Positions 1 to 9,154 of a stretch of DNA of 34,164 nucleotides are shown piece by piece. Origin of the DNA: a virus (taxonomy: Duplodnaviria > Caudoviricetes); IMG/VR virus record IMGVR_UViG_3300034072_000998, positions 1 to 34,164 of that record; one strand, written 5' to 3'. The translations under genes and the position numbers were made by a program. The notes below the pieces were generated by a model. That model saw nothing but the letters and a program-made list of their open reading frames with translations, did not search any database and was not told where the DNA came from. Position 1 is the stretch's first letter; each line of letters begins with the position of its first letter.

Positions 1-2
1 TG

Positions 3-464
3 CTCAACCGCGCATTCCTGCATGATCGCATCGAAAGCGCACTGGCCCGTGCCCGGCGCAGTGGCGGCAGGTTCAGCCTGGTGTTTCTCGACCTGGACAA
101 GTTCAAGCAGATCAATGACAGCTATGGTCATAGCGTCGGCGACCGCCTGCTGCAGGAAGTCGCTCGCCGCCTGCAGCAGTGCGTGCGCGAAGCCGACTCG
201 GTGGCCCGCATCGGCGGCGATGAGTTCGTGCTGCTGCTGGAGGACATCGAGCAGCCGGCGAGCGTCGACCGGGTGACCACCGAGCTGCGTCAGCAACTCG
301 GTCGTACGCTGTGCATCGACGGCCACTCGCTGCACATCATGCCCAGCATCGGCGTAGCCCATTTCCCCGAGGACGGCGAGCAAGCAGAGGCCCTGCTCCA
401 GCATGCGGACGCCGCAATGTACCGCGAGAAACGCGCCGGGCAGGCGCTACAACACTGCGAGTGA
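3..464 (+). CDS. Host diguanylate cyclase, GGDEF domain (5' truncated by window edge)
   Basis: Frame open from position 3; motifs FLDLDKFKQINDSYGHSVGD, ARIGGDEF, SIGVA, ADAAMY; stop TGA at 462-464. Confidence 0.92.
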   Translation, partial: LNRAFLHDRIESALARARRSGGRFSLVFLDLDKFKQINDSYGHSVGDRLLQEVARRLQQCVREADSVARIGGDEFVLLLEDIEQPASVDRVTTELRQQLGRTLCIDGHSLHIMPSIGVAHFPEDGEQAEALLQHADAAMYREKRAGQALQHCE

Positions 465-500
465 AGCGCTTGCTCTGAGATCGCGGGCCCGGCCGGAAAC

Positions 501-526
501 AAAAAGACCAGCACTATGGCTGGTCT
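501..526 (-). terminator. Rho-independent terminator; probably the original host tRNA terminator displaced by integration
   Basis: Stem AGACCAGC/GCTGGTCT with an adjacent A-run (U-tract on minus strand), just downstream of the displaced tRNA 3' fragment. Confidence 0.7.
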
Positions 527-542
527 GGATGCTGAATCGATT

Positions 543-587
543 TGGTGGGCCCACACGGACTCGAACCGTGGACCAAAGGATTATGAG
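543..587 (-). repeat. Left att core: 45-bp duplicated 3' half of tRNA-Ile2
   Basis: TGGTGGGCCCACACGGACTCGAACCGTGGACCAAAGGATTATGAG is identical to 32725..32769; identity ends at the anticodon loop (CTCATAA on minus strand). Confidence 0.97.
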
Positions 588-681
588 CCCGCATAAGGAT
601 GCCTTGCCCTCTGGGAAAACTGCCAGGAAGCCAGGTTTTTAGGGATATTGCCGGGCACCATTCGCCAATGTCTCGTCGCTG

Positions 682-708
682 TGTGGACGCAATGTGGACA
701 CTCTGGAC
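682..708 (+). promoter_or_regulatory. Integrase arm-type binding sites
   Basis: TGTGGAC at 682 and 693 (11-bp spacing), TCTGGAC at 702; resembles the P2 Int arm motif TGTGGACA and is mirrored at 32634/32645. Confidence 0.75.
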
Positions 709-840
709 TGTACCGCCTTGCACACCCCTGCAAATCCTTTCACAGCGTGAAAACCCCACCAGGCCGCCAAGCCCCGCGCCACTGCTGGCCCGGCGACCAT
801 CTTTCACCTCACCCACGGTTTGCACAATTTTTCGACACAA

Positions 841-868
841 GCCGCGTCGGCGGGAGGGGGAAAAGTCC
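841..868. other. Possible cos site
   Basis: GCCGCGTCGGCGGGAGGGGGAAAAGTCC loosely resembles the G-rich P2 cos; its position between the last tail gene and att fits HP1-like genomes. Confidence 0.3.
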
Positions 869-980
869 GTTTTCGCCCTCGGGTTTCTGGCCACGCGCAT
901 TTTCCGCCGCATGTGCAGGTCTGGCGTTATAGTCGGATGCAGTCGAGATGTCGGCGGCGAAAATCTACTAGGAGGGATTC

Positions 981-1289
981 ATGGAAATTGAAGGAATCGC
1001 GGAAGTGGTGTGCATGGATGGTCAGTGGCAGGCGCTTGAAACCGTTTCTGCGGATGTGACCATCGTTCTCGAGCCTGGCGAGATTTACCACGGGTCAGAT
1101 GGTACTGGCGGCAGGGTAAAACGCGCGCCGAAGGTCATCATCTGGGGTGAAGAGCCGGATGCGATTAAGCGTGCTGTTCTTATCAGGGTGACGTGCATGG
1201 AGCACGTGGTTGAGGGGGAAAAAACCAACCGAATGGCTGGTAAGAACGAGGCAGGAAAGTATGGGGTGCAATACACCCTGTTGAGATAA
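981..1289 (+). CDS. Hypothetical 102-aa moron protein
   Basis: GGAGGGA RBS, ATG start, own terminator, opposite strand to the tail genes; no recognisable domain. Confidence 0.7.
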   Translation: MEIEGIAEVVCMDGQWQALETVSADVTIVLEPGEIYHGSDGTGGRVKRAPKVIIWGEEPDAIKRAVLIRVTCMEHVVEGEKTNRMAGKNEAGKYGVQYTLLR

Positions 1290-1319
1290 AGCAAGCCCGC
1301 CATCCGGCGGGCTTTTGCT
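1290..1319. terminator. Terminator between the convergent moron and tail operon (probably bidirectional)
   Basis: AAGCCCGCC-ATCC-GGCGGGCTT hairpin followed by T-run, located between two convergent stops. Confidence 0.8.
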
Positions 1320-2295
1320 ATGCGGTGATGGGCTTCAGTTTGCCCGCCAGTAGCAGGGCCTGTGCTGCCTTCGCGTTGAACTGACCCGCATCAGCTGGAC
1401 TTGGGGTGGGCCCAGGCACGTGGGTGTGGGCGGCCAGCTGGGTGTTCATGGCCTCCACCAGGTCGATCAGGTCGCACAGCACCTGCAGCACGTTCACCCC
1501 ACCTGAGCCCAGCCAGGTCTTCGGCGCCTGCAGGCGTTGGCTGACGGCGGTCACGCTCTCGCGCATGCCCTGGATCTTCTCGGCCATATCGCCGCCCACG
1601 GTGGCGTTCAGCTTCTGGCCCACCACCAGGTTCAGGTCGCGCCCGGTTGCCTGGTGCAGATCGTCCACTGCGGCGAGGCTGGCGGATCCACCGGACAGCA
1701 GCTTGAGCGCGCCCAGCGCCTCCACTTTCTTGACCCCGCCCACCGTTTCGGTGCTGTGGTCGTCCACCTCCACGGTGGTGCTCTGGTAGTGCTCGGCGTT
1801 GTCCAGGGCCTCCACCTGGCGCTCCACGGCCTCGTCGCGGATCCGCCCGTCGGTCTGGCGCAGCCAGTTGCCGTCGGCGTCCACGCGCTGCTGGCAGGCC
1901 TCGCTGTGCTGCCACACCTGGTCGCCCTTCGGCACCTTCGGCAGGCTCAGGCCGTGCGGCAGGATCTGCGCGATGTAGGGCTTGTGGGGCAGGCCGTAGG
2001 CGAAGCACACCACCACGGTGGTGCCTTCCTCGGGGAACCCGAACATGCCCTGTTCCTGTCCACCCATCGGCGCCGGCAGGGCCAGGCTCTCGAGAATGGG
2101 CAGATCCGGGTCCGGTTCCCCGTCAGGCAGCAGCACCTCGACATCCACACCGAAGCGCGGACGGAAGTCGTCGCACAGGCCAGGGGCGGCGGGTGCGTCA
2201 GGCACGGCCACCACCCGCCCGAAGCGGGGCAGGTGGTAGCGGCCGGTCAGCTCGGGGAATTGGCGCTCTACTGCGCGGCGGATTGCGTCTTCCAT
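1318..2295 (-). CDS. Baseplate spike / gpV-like tail protein
   Basis: Last late-operon gene; OB-fold-like N-terminus (GMFGFPEEGTTVVVCFAYG), beta-helix-like repeats, C-terminal HTH (His-x-His) metal motif typical of spikes. Confidence 0.7.
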   Translation of the reverse strand: MEDAIRRAVERQFPELTGRYHLPRFGRVVAVPDAPAAPGLCDDFRPRFGVDVEVLLPDGEPDPDLPILESLALPAPMGGQEQGMFGFPEEGTTVVVCFAYGLPHKPYIAQILPHGLSLPKVPKGDQVWQHSEACQQRVDADGNWLRQTDGRIRDEAVERQVEALDNAEHYQSTTVEVDDHSTETVGGVKKVEALGALKLLSGGSASLAAVDDLHQATGRDLNLVVGQKLNATVGGDMAEKIQGMRESVTAVSQRLQAPKTWLGSGGVNVLQVLCDLIDLVEAMNTQLAAHTHVPGPTPSPADAGQFNAKAAQALLLAGKLKPITA

Positions 2296-2972
2296 CGGAT
2301 TGCCATCTGCGTGCCGGCGAGTGTCACGGCGGTGACGCGCTCGCCCTGGTTGATTGCTGCGCCGGGGCGCAGGCCTGGAAGGGCTGCCACCATGGCGCTC
2401 TGGTTGCCCTGGTAGCTGTCGAACAGCTCCACCGGCAGGGGCAGCGGATCACGGGCGCCCCAGAAGCTGTCGGCCCAGCTGCCCACGAACACCTCTCCGT
2501 CGCCCTGCTGCTGCCAGATGAAGTCGGGGATGTTGAACACCTGGGCGAGGCTGTCCATGGCCTGGAAGCCGGCGCCGAGGTTGTAGAAGTAGGCGGTCTT
2601 CGTGCGGGCGTAGGCCTTGTCGGGCACGCGGAAGCGCAGGCCAGTGCGGGCGCCGATCTCGGCCAGCACCTGGTGGAGATCCACATGGCGCAGGTTCATC
2701 GGCAGCGGCAGGGCCAGCACGCTGGTCAGCTCGCGGCAGAACAGCACCTGCTGCTGGCTGTTGGCGGCGGTGCAGCGCTCAACGTGTCCGATGAAGTGCC
2801 GCTGCAGGGCGCGCTCGTTGTAGCCCACGTCCAGGATCACCAGGCCGCGCACAGGGGCCTCGGCCTTGATGGTGAAGCTGGCCCGGCCGGGGCTGCGTAG
2901 ATCCAGGCGCACTTCCTCTTTCACCAGGGGGTAGGTCTTACCGGCGACCACCAGCGCCTTGTGCAGCCTCAT
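2268..2972 (-). CDS. Baseplate hub / gpD-like tail protein
   Basis: Coupled in the late operon; WQQQGDGEVFVGSW motif of HP1/K139 terminal tail proteins. Confidence 0.65.
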   Translation of the reverse strand: MRLHKALVVAGKTYPLVKEEVRLDLRSPGRASFTIKAEAPVRGLVILDVGYNERALQRHFIGHVERCTAANSQQQVLFCRELTSVLALPLPMNLRHVDLHQVLAEIGARTGLRFRVPDKAYARTKTAYFYNLGAGFQAMDSLAQVFNIPDFIWQQQGDGEVFVGSWADSFWGARDPLPLPVELFDSYQGNQSAMVAALPGLRPGAAINQGERVTAVTLAGTQMAIRWKTQSAAQ

Positions 2973-3523
2973 GCCAGCGACTCGTCCAGGCGCTTCAGCA
3001 CCTGCTCGAAGCCGCTCAGCTCGGCCGGCTGGCTGGCCGTTGCGCTGCCAGATCCATCAGCCGCGGCTGGCGTTGCGGTGGCCACCGCTTGCCCGGGGGC
3101 GCTCTGCTTCTTCACCGGGTTGCCGGGGCGGCGCGTTTCCACGCGCTCGGCGGTGGACAGCTTTTCGGTGAGGCTGAACTGCACGCGCCAGGCGGCCAGG
3201 CTGTCGTCCTCGCGGGCGCTCAGGTTGTCGCTGAACTCCACCTGGCGCACGCCGAAGGCCTCGGCCGTGTCGTTGACGATGCGGTACACATGGCGCTGGC
3301 CACCGTTCTGGGTGGCCTGGGCCCAGGCCATCAGCTGGGTGAGGTGGGCGCTGTCCTTGTAGGGGATCAGCAGCGCGACGGTCAGCGTCTTAGGCTTGAA
3401 GCCCTTGTGCGCCGCCGCCGTGTTGCTGGTCTGCCCGGACATATCCTCGGTTTCTATGCGCAGGTTGGCCGTCACTTTCAGGCCCTTGCCGCGCACCTTC
3501 TGGCCATCCAGTAGCAGCGTCAT
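2969..3523 (-). CDS. Conserved tail/baseplate protein (HP1-like)
   Basis: ATGA overlaps with both neighbours; DMSGQTS..A.KG.K.K.L.V motif and W.VQF.L.E motif. Confidence 0.65.
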   Translation of the reverse strand: MTLLLDGQKVRGKGLKVTANLRIETEDMSGQTSNTAAAHKGFKPKTLTVALLIPYKDSAHLTQLMAWAQATQNGGQRHVYRIVNDTAEAFGVRQVEFSDNLSAREDDSLAAWRVQFSLTEKLSTAERVETRRPGNPVKKQSAPGQAVATATPAAADGSGSATASQPAELSGFEQVLKRLDESLA

Positions 3524-4443
3524 AGGCCCACCAGTTCACGCACAAAGCTCAGCCCGTCCAGCGAGCCCACCAGCATCATGCCGGCGCTCAGCACCCACTC
3601 ATGGCCTGGCGCCTGGCCTTCGAGCATGCCGGCGCGCAGCTGCGCCGGGGTGCCCGGGCCGATCAGGCGGGCGCGCATGGTGTCGTCAGCGCTGCCGCCG
3701 GTCAGCAAGGCCTGCAGGTCGGCCAGCTTCTGGTCGCGCGCCTGCTGCTGGCCAGCCTTGCGCCCGGCCAGCGCGGCTAGATCCGCCATCGGCGAGCTGT
3801 CGGCGGCGTAGCCCTCCAAGACGGCCAGCTGGCCCGCCATGGATTGCTTCGCGGCCTTGGTGATGGTGCATCGCTCCAGGGGCAGCGCGCCCCAGCGCGG
3901 CAGCGGGCCAGCGCTCGGCCTCTCCCACTTTTCCTCCTCCAGCTTGGACAGGTGCCGGGCGCGCCGTTCGGTGCGCACTAGGTCGGGCACGGGCAGCAGG
4001 GCATTGAAGCGCGCCAGGGTGTCAGCCAGCTGGTCGTAACGGGTGGCCAGGAACAGGATCGACAGCGCGTACTGGGGCCCAGCCGGGCGTCCGGTGTCGG
4101 CGTTGTCCACCAGCTTGTCGGCCAGGTGCTGCAGCAGGTTGGGGGCGGACAGAAAGCGTTGATGGCCTCGCCCCTGGCCGATGCCAGACTGGAACGGCGT
4201 CACCGCCAGGCAAGCCGGCGCCTCGCCGAGCTGCGCGGCCAGCGCGGCACGCCCGGCGGCGATGGCACCCTGTGCGGCACCTCCGACCGGGCCGGGGCTG
4301 GTTGTGGCCAGACCGTCCAGGCCTGCCAGGCGCTGGGCGGTGCTGGCCAGCTCGCCGCCGGCCAGATCCTTGGCCGCTGCCAGTTGGCCCATCCACTGGG
4401 TGGCCTGCTCGGGCCAGCGCATGGTCACGGGCGCCCAGGTCAC
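3520..4443 (-). CDS. Conserved tail-region protein (HP1-like)
   Basis: 307-aa ORF coupled to neighbours, phage-typical codon usage, downstream of the fibre chaperone. Confidence 0.6.
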   Translation of the reverse strand: MTWAPVTMRWPEQATQWMGQLAAAKDLAGGELASTAQRLAGLDGLATTSPGPVGGAAQGAIAAGRAALAAQLGEAPACLAVTPFQSGIGQGRGHQRFLSAPNLLQHLADKLVDNADTGRPAGPQYALSILFLATRYDQLADTLARFNALLPVPDLVRTERRARHLSKLEEEKWERPSAGPLPRWGALPLERCTITKAAKQSMAGQLAVLEGYAADSSPMADLAALAGRKAGQQQARDQKLADLQALLTGGSADDTMRARLIGPGTPAQLRAGMLEGQAPGHEWVLSAGMMLVGSLDGLSFVRELVGL

Positions 4444-5132
4444 GATTCGGCGCCCTCCCAGGTGATGGCCTGCATGGCCTCGGCGTCACCGGCCGCCAGT
4501 GCCAGATCCAGCTGCTGCTTCAGCTCGTTGGCGCGCTGCAGCAGCTGCAGCTTGTACAGGGTGAAGTCGTCGCCCACCTGGCGCAGCTGCGCGGCGGTGT
4601 GCAGGCGGAAGGCCTTGGCGCCCTGCTCGTCGCGGCAGGCATAGGGCATATCCAGCCCGCGCAGGATGGCGCCGGTCAGGTTCAGCTGGTCGTCCAGTTG
4701 GCTGCTGTACTGGTGGGGGGCGCCCAAGGCCGAAGACTGGAAGCCGGCGGTGATGGCCGCCTCACAGGCGTGATTGATGTCCTGCACTTTAGAGGCGTGC
4801 ATCGCCTTCGGGTCTAGTCGCCATGCGCCGTCTATCCAGCGGTGTTCGGCAGAAGGGCGAGGGGCGTCCGTCAGGTGCTCTGGAAGTGGGCCAAGCTGCA
4901 GCCACTCAGTCGCAGCACCAGAGGCCTTTTCGTAGACGTTGCCCAGGTGGCATTCCAGCTGCTGCGGAGCGCCGTTTGCCAGCGCCCAGGCATAGCCAGG
5001 GCTCGGTGTCGGCAGAGGTTCATCCAGCCGCAAGCCATTCGCCGGTAACTGCACTCCAAGGCCCGGAATGGTGGGCAGTTCATAGGGGCCGGACAGCTCG
5101 CCCAGGCTGCCGATCAGGTAGATAACAGACAT
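4440..5132 (-). CDS. Tail fibre assembly chaperone (DUF4376-like C-terminus)
   Basis: Directly after the fibre gene; LGPLP..LT..PRPS..HRWIDGAW and GF.SSALG.PH.YSS..DDQLNL motifs. Confidence 0.75.
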   Translation of the reverse strand: MSVIYLIGSLGELSGPYELPTIPGLGVQLPANGLRLDEPLPTPSPGYAWALANGAPQQLECHLGNVYEKASGAATEWLQLGPLPEHLTDAPRPSAEHRWIDGAWRLDPKAMHASKVQDINHACEAAITAGFQSSALGAPHQYSSQLDDQLNLTGAILRGLDMPYACRDEQGAKAFRLHTAAQLRQVGDDFTLYKLQLLQRANELKQQLDLALAAGDAEAMQAITWEGAES

Positions 5133-5142
5133 TGCAGGATCC

Positions 5143-7455
5143 TCACAGCAGCTTCATCCGGCCCGGATAGGCCAGCGAGCGGGGTTTGGTTTCAGGGCCG
5201 CCGAAGTAGCCAATCAGCGCGGTGCGGTCATAGCCGACTGTGGTCAGGGCATTCAGGTCGTAGGCATACGAGCCGTCCGGAATCGGTACGCTGTTGCCCG
5301 TGTCGTACTCGTACTGGGGGTGGCGGTGCTTAGCGATGGCATCTGGAGCCGACGAGCCGGCCACACGTCCTGCGACGGTTAGGGTCAAGCCCGCGCCGCT
5401 GGCCGTGGCATTGGCGGAAAGGGTCAGGGTGTTGGTGCCTACGGCGGTGATCGTGGTGCCGGCCGGAATGCCAGTTCCGGTGATGCTCATGCCAACAGCA
5501 GCAAGATTGCCTCCGAAGACCACGGCGCTGACGTTGTTGCTGCCGTTGGTCAGGGTGCCGGTGACGTTGAAGCGGTCAACACCTCTGGATTCGTCCAGCA
5601 CTCGCAAGAATTCACCGCGCCCTTCGGGCCCGCGGAAAGTCGCCGCGCCATCGCCGCTTGTCCAGCCACCTTCCATGCCGGTGCGATTGGCCTCGGCGGT
5701 CAACATGCCCGACTGCTGGGCGTGATCCCATAGCCATGGCCACTCAGACCGGATCATCAGCGGCCCGTTGAACGCGCCCCAGCCACCTGGTTGGAATGCG
5801 GTCGTGGTCTCGAAAACCGGGCGGCCCAGCGCGCTTGCATCCAGGCGGCCGATCGGCAGCCAGCCACCTGCACCATCTGCGCGCAGATGCCACCAGTCGC
5901 CGGCGCCCATCAGGTAGAAGAATCCGTAGCCGGCCGCGTTCAGGTGGGTGTGGAACTTCACTTTGTCGGTGCCGGCTGCCTGGATGGTCACGCGGTTGGC
6001 GCTGTTGTCCACACGCCTGACGATCAGATCCACCACGCCCAGCGCCACGTTCGAGGCCGGCAGGGTGCACACCAGGTTGCCCGCTGTTGCGTCCAGCAGC
6101 ACCGTGCCCACCTGGGCCGCGTTGAGGGTCACGCTGGCTGTGAAGCTGTGCACCTTGCTGCTGCCGCTGTGGCGCAGACGCCGCCATGGTGTCCAGGTGG
6201 CGCCGCTCTTGGTGCGCCACTCGAATTCCCCTTCCAGCGCGCCGGTGTAGGGGAGGGCCAGCTGGGTCAGTGCGTTGGTGTCGTGCTTGATCACCAGGGC
6301 ATAGCGGTAGGTGTTCGCCGTGCTGTCCGGGCCGTTGGTGTTATTTGCGCCTAGCAACTGGGGATACAGGCCTGCGGTGGTGATGGTGTTCCAGTCGGTC
6401 GCCGTGTCGGTTGCGCCGTTGGTGGCGTTCTGTACGGCGCGACTCAGCACGGCCATCACTGCCTTGGTGGTGGCCAGAATGTCGCTGCTGTTGCTCGCTG
6501 GGTCGTCGCTCTTGGCGTTCGGCAGGTTGCCCAGGCCCACGTCGTCCTTGGTGGTCGCACGGGCGCGCAGGCCGGCGTAGTCGCCCACGCGGGCGGCGAA
6601 GTGCGCCACCAGCGGCCCGGCGATGTTCTCCACCGGGCGGCTGTCGGTGACGGTGTTGCTGTTCGGCAGATCAGCGATGGCCACGCAGTAGTGCTGCACA
6701 CCGGCGCTGTCCACGTAGTCCACTTTCCCAGCACCCCAGACCACGCTCCAGGACGCCACCACGTCGTTCAGCTCGCGTTGCAGGGCCACGTCCAGCCAGG
6801 CGGTGGTGGGGAATGCCGGCGGCACCACGGGCAGCGCTGCAGAGCGCTGCAGGCGCACGCCTTCCACGTAGGCGGTGCCCGGCTTGAGTTGATAGACCGC
6901 GCCTACTTTCTCCAGCTGCAGGGCGCTGCCGAAGAAGCACGCGCGCCCGAACATATCGCGGTTGCTCTGGCGCTCGCGCTCGTCGATTCCGGCCAGGCGC
7001 ACGGTGAAGTCGTGCTGCCAGGTGCTGGCGTCGATGGTCAGGCCGGTCAGGGCCTGGGCGCCGTCGAACACCACCAGGAAGTTGCGGGTGACGTTGTTCC
7101 CCAGCTGCAGCGGCGGAATGTTGCGGCGCTTCTGCTGGGTGGGCACGTAGGCGACCATCAGCAGCACGTTCTCGGTGGTTTCCAGGCCGATCCAGTTCCA
7201 GTCGAAGTCGCCGATGTCGCTGCCCATCATCAGGCTGTACACCACCTGGTTGGGGTTCACGAATCCGGCCTGGGTCACGGCGTAGGTGCCGACGATCTGC
7301 CCGGCGGCTGGCTTGCCGGCGGCGCGGTCTACCGGGCCATTGGGGTCAAGGCCCGGCACGTTGGCGAGGATGAAACGGGCGACGGTGAGCGTCTGCTGCG
7401 CGATTTGCTTCTGCGCGATCAGGCTTTCACCGGCGAGGGTAATGCTGGCACCCAT
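5143..7455 (-). CDS. Tail fibre protein (gpH-like)
   Basis: N-terminal collar-fibre domain (VVYS...IGDFDWNWIGL), DVGLGNL repeat, knob-like domain, collar motif RGEFLRVLDESRGVD, C-terminal ETKPRSLAY. Confidence 0.9.
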   Translation of the reverse strand: MGASITLAGESLIAQKQIAQQTLTVARFILANVPGLDPNGPVDRAAGKPAAGQIVGTYAVTQAGFVNPNQVVYSLMMGSDIGDFDWNWIGLETTENVLLMVAYVPTQQKRRNIPPLQLGNNVTRNFLVVFDGAQALTGLTIDASTWQHDFTVRLAGIDERERQSNRDMFGRACFFGSALQLEKVGAVYQLKPGTAYVEGVRLQRSAALPVVPPAFPTTAWLDVALQRELNDVVASWSVVWGAGKVDYVDSAGVQHYCVAIADLPNSNTVTDSRPVENIAGPLVAHFAARVGDYAGLRARATTKDDVGLGNLPNAKSDDPASNSSDILATTKAVMAVLSRAVQNATNGATDTATDWNTITTAGLYPQLLGANNTNGPDSTANTYRYALVIKHDTNALTQLALPYTGALEGEFEWRTKSGATWTPWRRLRHSGSSKVHSFTASVTLNAAQVGTVLLDATAGNLVCTLPASNVALGVVDLIVRRVDNSANRVTIQAAGTDKVKFHTHLNAAGYGFFYLMGAGDWWHLRADGAGGWLPIGRLDASALGRPVFETTTAFQPGGWGAFNGPLMIRSEWPWLWDHAQQSGMLTAEANRTGMEGGWTSGDGAATFRGPEGRGEFLRVLDESRGVDRFNVTGTLTNGSNNVSAVVFGGNLAAVGMSITGTGIPAGTTITAVGTNTLTLSANATASGAGLTLTVAGRVAGSSAPDAIAKHRHPQYEYDTGNSVPIPDGSYAYDLNALTTVGYDRTALIGYFGGPETKPRSLAYPGRMKLL

Positions 7456-7464
7456 GGGGGTCTC

Positions 7465-7989
7465 CTACAGGCTGGCGACCAGCGTTTGCTGGTCGTCGTT
7501 GAAATCGACAGCGACCACGCGCAGCGTCACCGGCGTGATGGTCACAAAGTCATAACGGCGGCAGGTGCGGCCGTACTGCTGAATCAGCACGCGCAGCAGC
7601 TCGGGGTTCTCGGCCAGCTGGGTGTTGCTCAGCTGCAGCAGCACCACGTCCCAGTCGCGGTCGGGGTGGCGTTCCTCGATCTCGACGTAGCCCACGCCCA
7701 GGCGCTGCAGAATGCGCTTCATGCCGGCGGTGCTGCCGGCGTCCACGGCGTTGATGAAGGCGTACTTCACCCGCAGTCGGTACAGGGCCTCGGGCTCGCC
7801 CTTGAAGCGCGTGATGTCGCGCTGCCAGGCCAGCAGATCCAGGATGGTCAGGTGGCAGGTGTCGGCGTCCATCTGCAGCAGCGGCCAGCGCAGCCAGCCC
7901 TCCACTTTTGTCCACCAGGTTTGCGCGGCGGCCTTGAGCTTCGCCAGCTCTGGGCCGTCCAGCCAGAAGGGCAGGCCGAGCTTAATCAT
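7465..7989 (-). CDS. Baseplate wedge / tail protein I-like
   Basis: LDLLAWQRDI.RF.GEP motif; lies between J and the fibre gene. Confidence 0.8.
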   Translation of the reverse strand: MIKLGLPFWLDGPELAKLKAAAQTWWTKVEGWLRWPLLQMDADTCHLTILDLLAWQRDITRFKGEPEALYRLRVKYAFINAVDAGSTAGMKRILQRLGVGYVEIEERHPDRDWDVVLLQLSNTQLAENPELLRVLIQQYGRTCRRYDFVTITPVTLRVVAVDFNDDQQTLVASL

Positions 7990-9154
7990 GCGGCACCACC
8001 TGCAGGCTCTGGATCCTGGGGATAGTCAGTTCCGACACGATGTCGGCATTGGCGAAGTGCAGCGACTCGATGCCGGGGAACTGCTTGTGCAGTTCCTCGC
8101 CCAGTCGGCTGAACGAAAAGCGCGACTGCGGGTAGGTCTGGGTCGGCTGGTAATCGGTGGTCGTGCTCTCGCGGAAAGCGGCGCGCACGAACAGCTCGAT
8201 GTTCTCCAGCAGGGTCTGGCGCTGCTCGGCGGTCAGCGTCGAACGGGGCCACACCTCCAGCTGGATGGCGTGCAGGGTCTCGGGCATTTCCATCACCAGC
8301 AGATCGTCGCCGTGGCCATGGTTGCCCTGGTCGCGGATGTGATCGTTGATCTGTTCCAGGTAAGTGGCCGCCGGCACGTCCGCCTCGAACAGCACGTAGG
8401 CATTGGCGCTACCAGGCCCGCGCGGTGCCCCGTGCTGGAAGTACACGCCGTCAGGGCGCACGCCAGGAAAGGCCGTGATCAGTGCGCGATACACCGCGTC
8501 GGTGTGCCACTGGTTGACCGCCGAAAACTGGTTTCGCACGCGCAGCCGCAGCTCGTTGTCGGCCTCTGGATCCGCGCCTGGGCTGCTCAGCCAGCCGTCG
8601 GCGTTCACCACCTGGGCGATGCCAGGGACTGGGGTCGGCAGGATGGCGTAGTAGCCGGGCGCAAGGTTGTAGCCGCTGCCGGTGTCCACCGCCTCCACTG
8701 GGATCTCCAGCTGCATCGCCCCGTCGGTGAATTGCCCGACAGCAGTCGTTACCAGCTGGTAGATGTGCCCGTTGATAGCCGCGGACTGCACCACGGTGCC
8801 GGCTGGCACCTCCAGGGCGCCGCCAGCGGCCAGGCGAATGAACAGCAGCACGCCCTTGGCCTTGGTCGCGCCCTTGCGCTCGACGTTCACCGCCCAGGCC
8901 AGCATGTCCAGCCAGGCGCCGGTGGCGGTCTTCACAAAGAAGTTCGGCAGCACGGTGCCGCTGATGAAGGTGATCAGCCACAGCACGGGCTTGGTCACCA
9001 GGGCGGTGACGATGCGCCAGAACGGCGAATAGGCGCTGGTGTTGCTCAGCGCGCTGCCCTGCGCGGTCACCTCACTTTCCCAGGCCTGGCGCAGCCCTTC
9101 CTCGGTGGTCGGAATGCCGGCGTCACTGAGCGCCTGCTTGAAATCTACGGTCAC
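7982..9154 (-). CDS. Baseplate J/gp47 family protein
   Basis: A.G.WLD.LA...RK.AT.A.G, GAD.E.D.ELR.R and PRGPGS motifs. Confidence 0.9.
   Translation of the reverse strand: MTVDFKQALSDAGIPTTEEGLRQAWESEVTAQGSALSNTSAYSPFWRIVTALVTKPVLWLITFISGTVLPNFFVKTATGAWLDMLAWAVNVERKGATKAKGVLLFIRLAAGGALEVPAGTVVQSAAINGHIYQLVTTAVGQFTDGAMQLEIPVEAVDTGSGYNLAPGYYAILPTPVPGIAQVVNADGWLSSPGADPEADNELRLRVRNQFSAVNQWHTDAVYRALITAFPGVRPDGVYFQHGAPRGPGSANAYVLFEADVPAATYLEQINDHIRDQGNHGHGDDLLVMEMPETLHAIQLEVWPRSTLTAEQRQTLLENIELFVRAAFRESTTTDYQPTQTYPQSRFSFSRLGEELHKQFPGIESLHFANADIVSELTIPRIQSLQVVPHD

Noticed and set aside
543-587. Second tRNA gene
   Set aside because: Only the 3' 45 nt are present; it is the att duplication.
514-991. 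ORFs spanning the left att and arm region
   Set aside because: They overlap att, arm and putative cos elements, with no RBS or protein motifs.
1318-2972. Pseudogenised split of a fused hub-spike gene
   Set aside because: Both ORFs have ATG starts, overlap in a coupled manner and correspond to separate domains; there is no sign of decay.
4440-7455. Tail-fibre diversification by invertase or DGR
   Set aside because: No recombinase other than int, no reverse transcriptase, and no inverted fibre cassette or template repeat seen.
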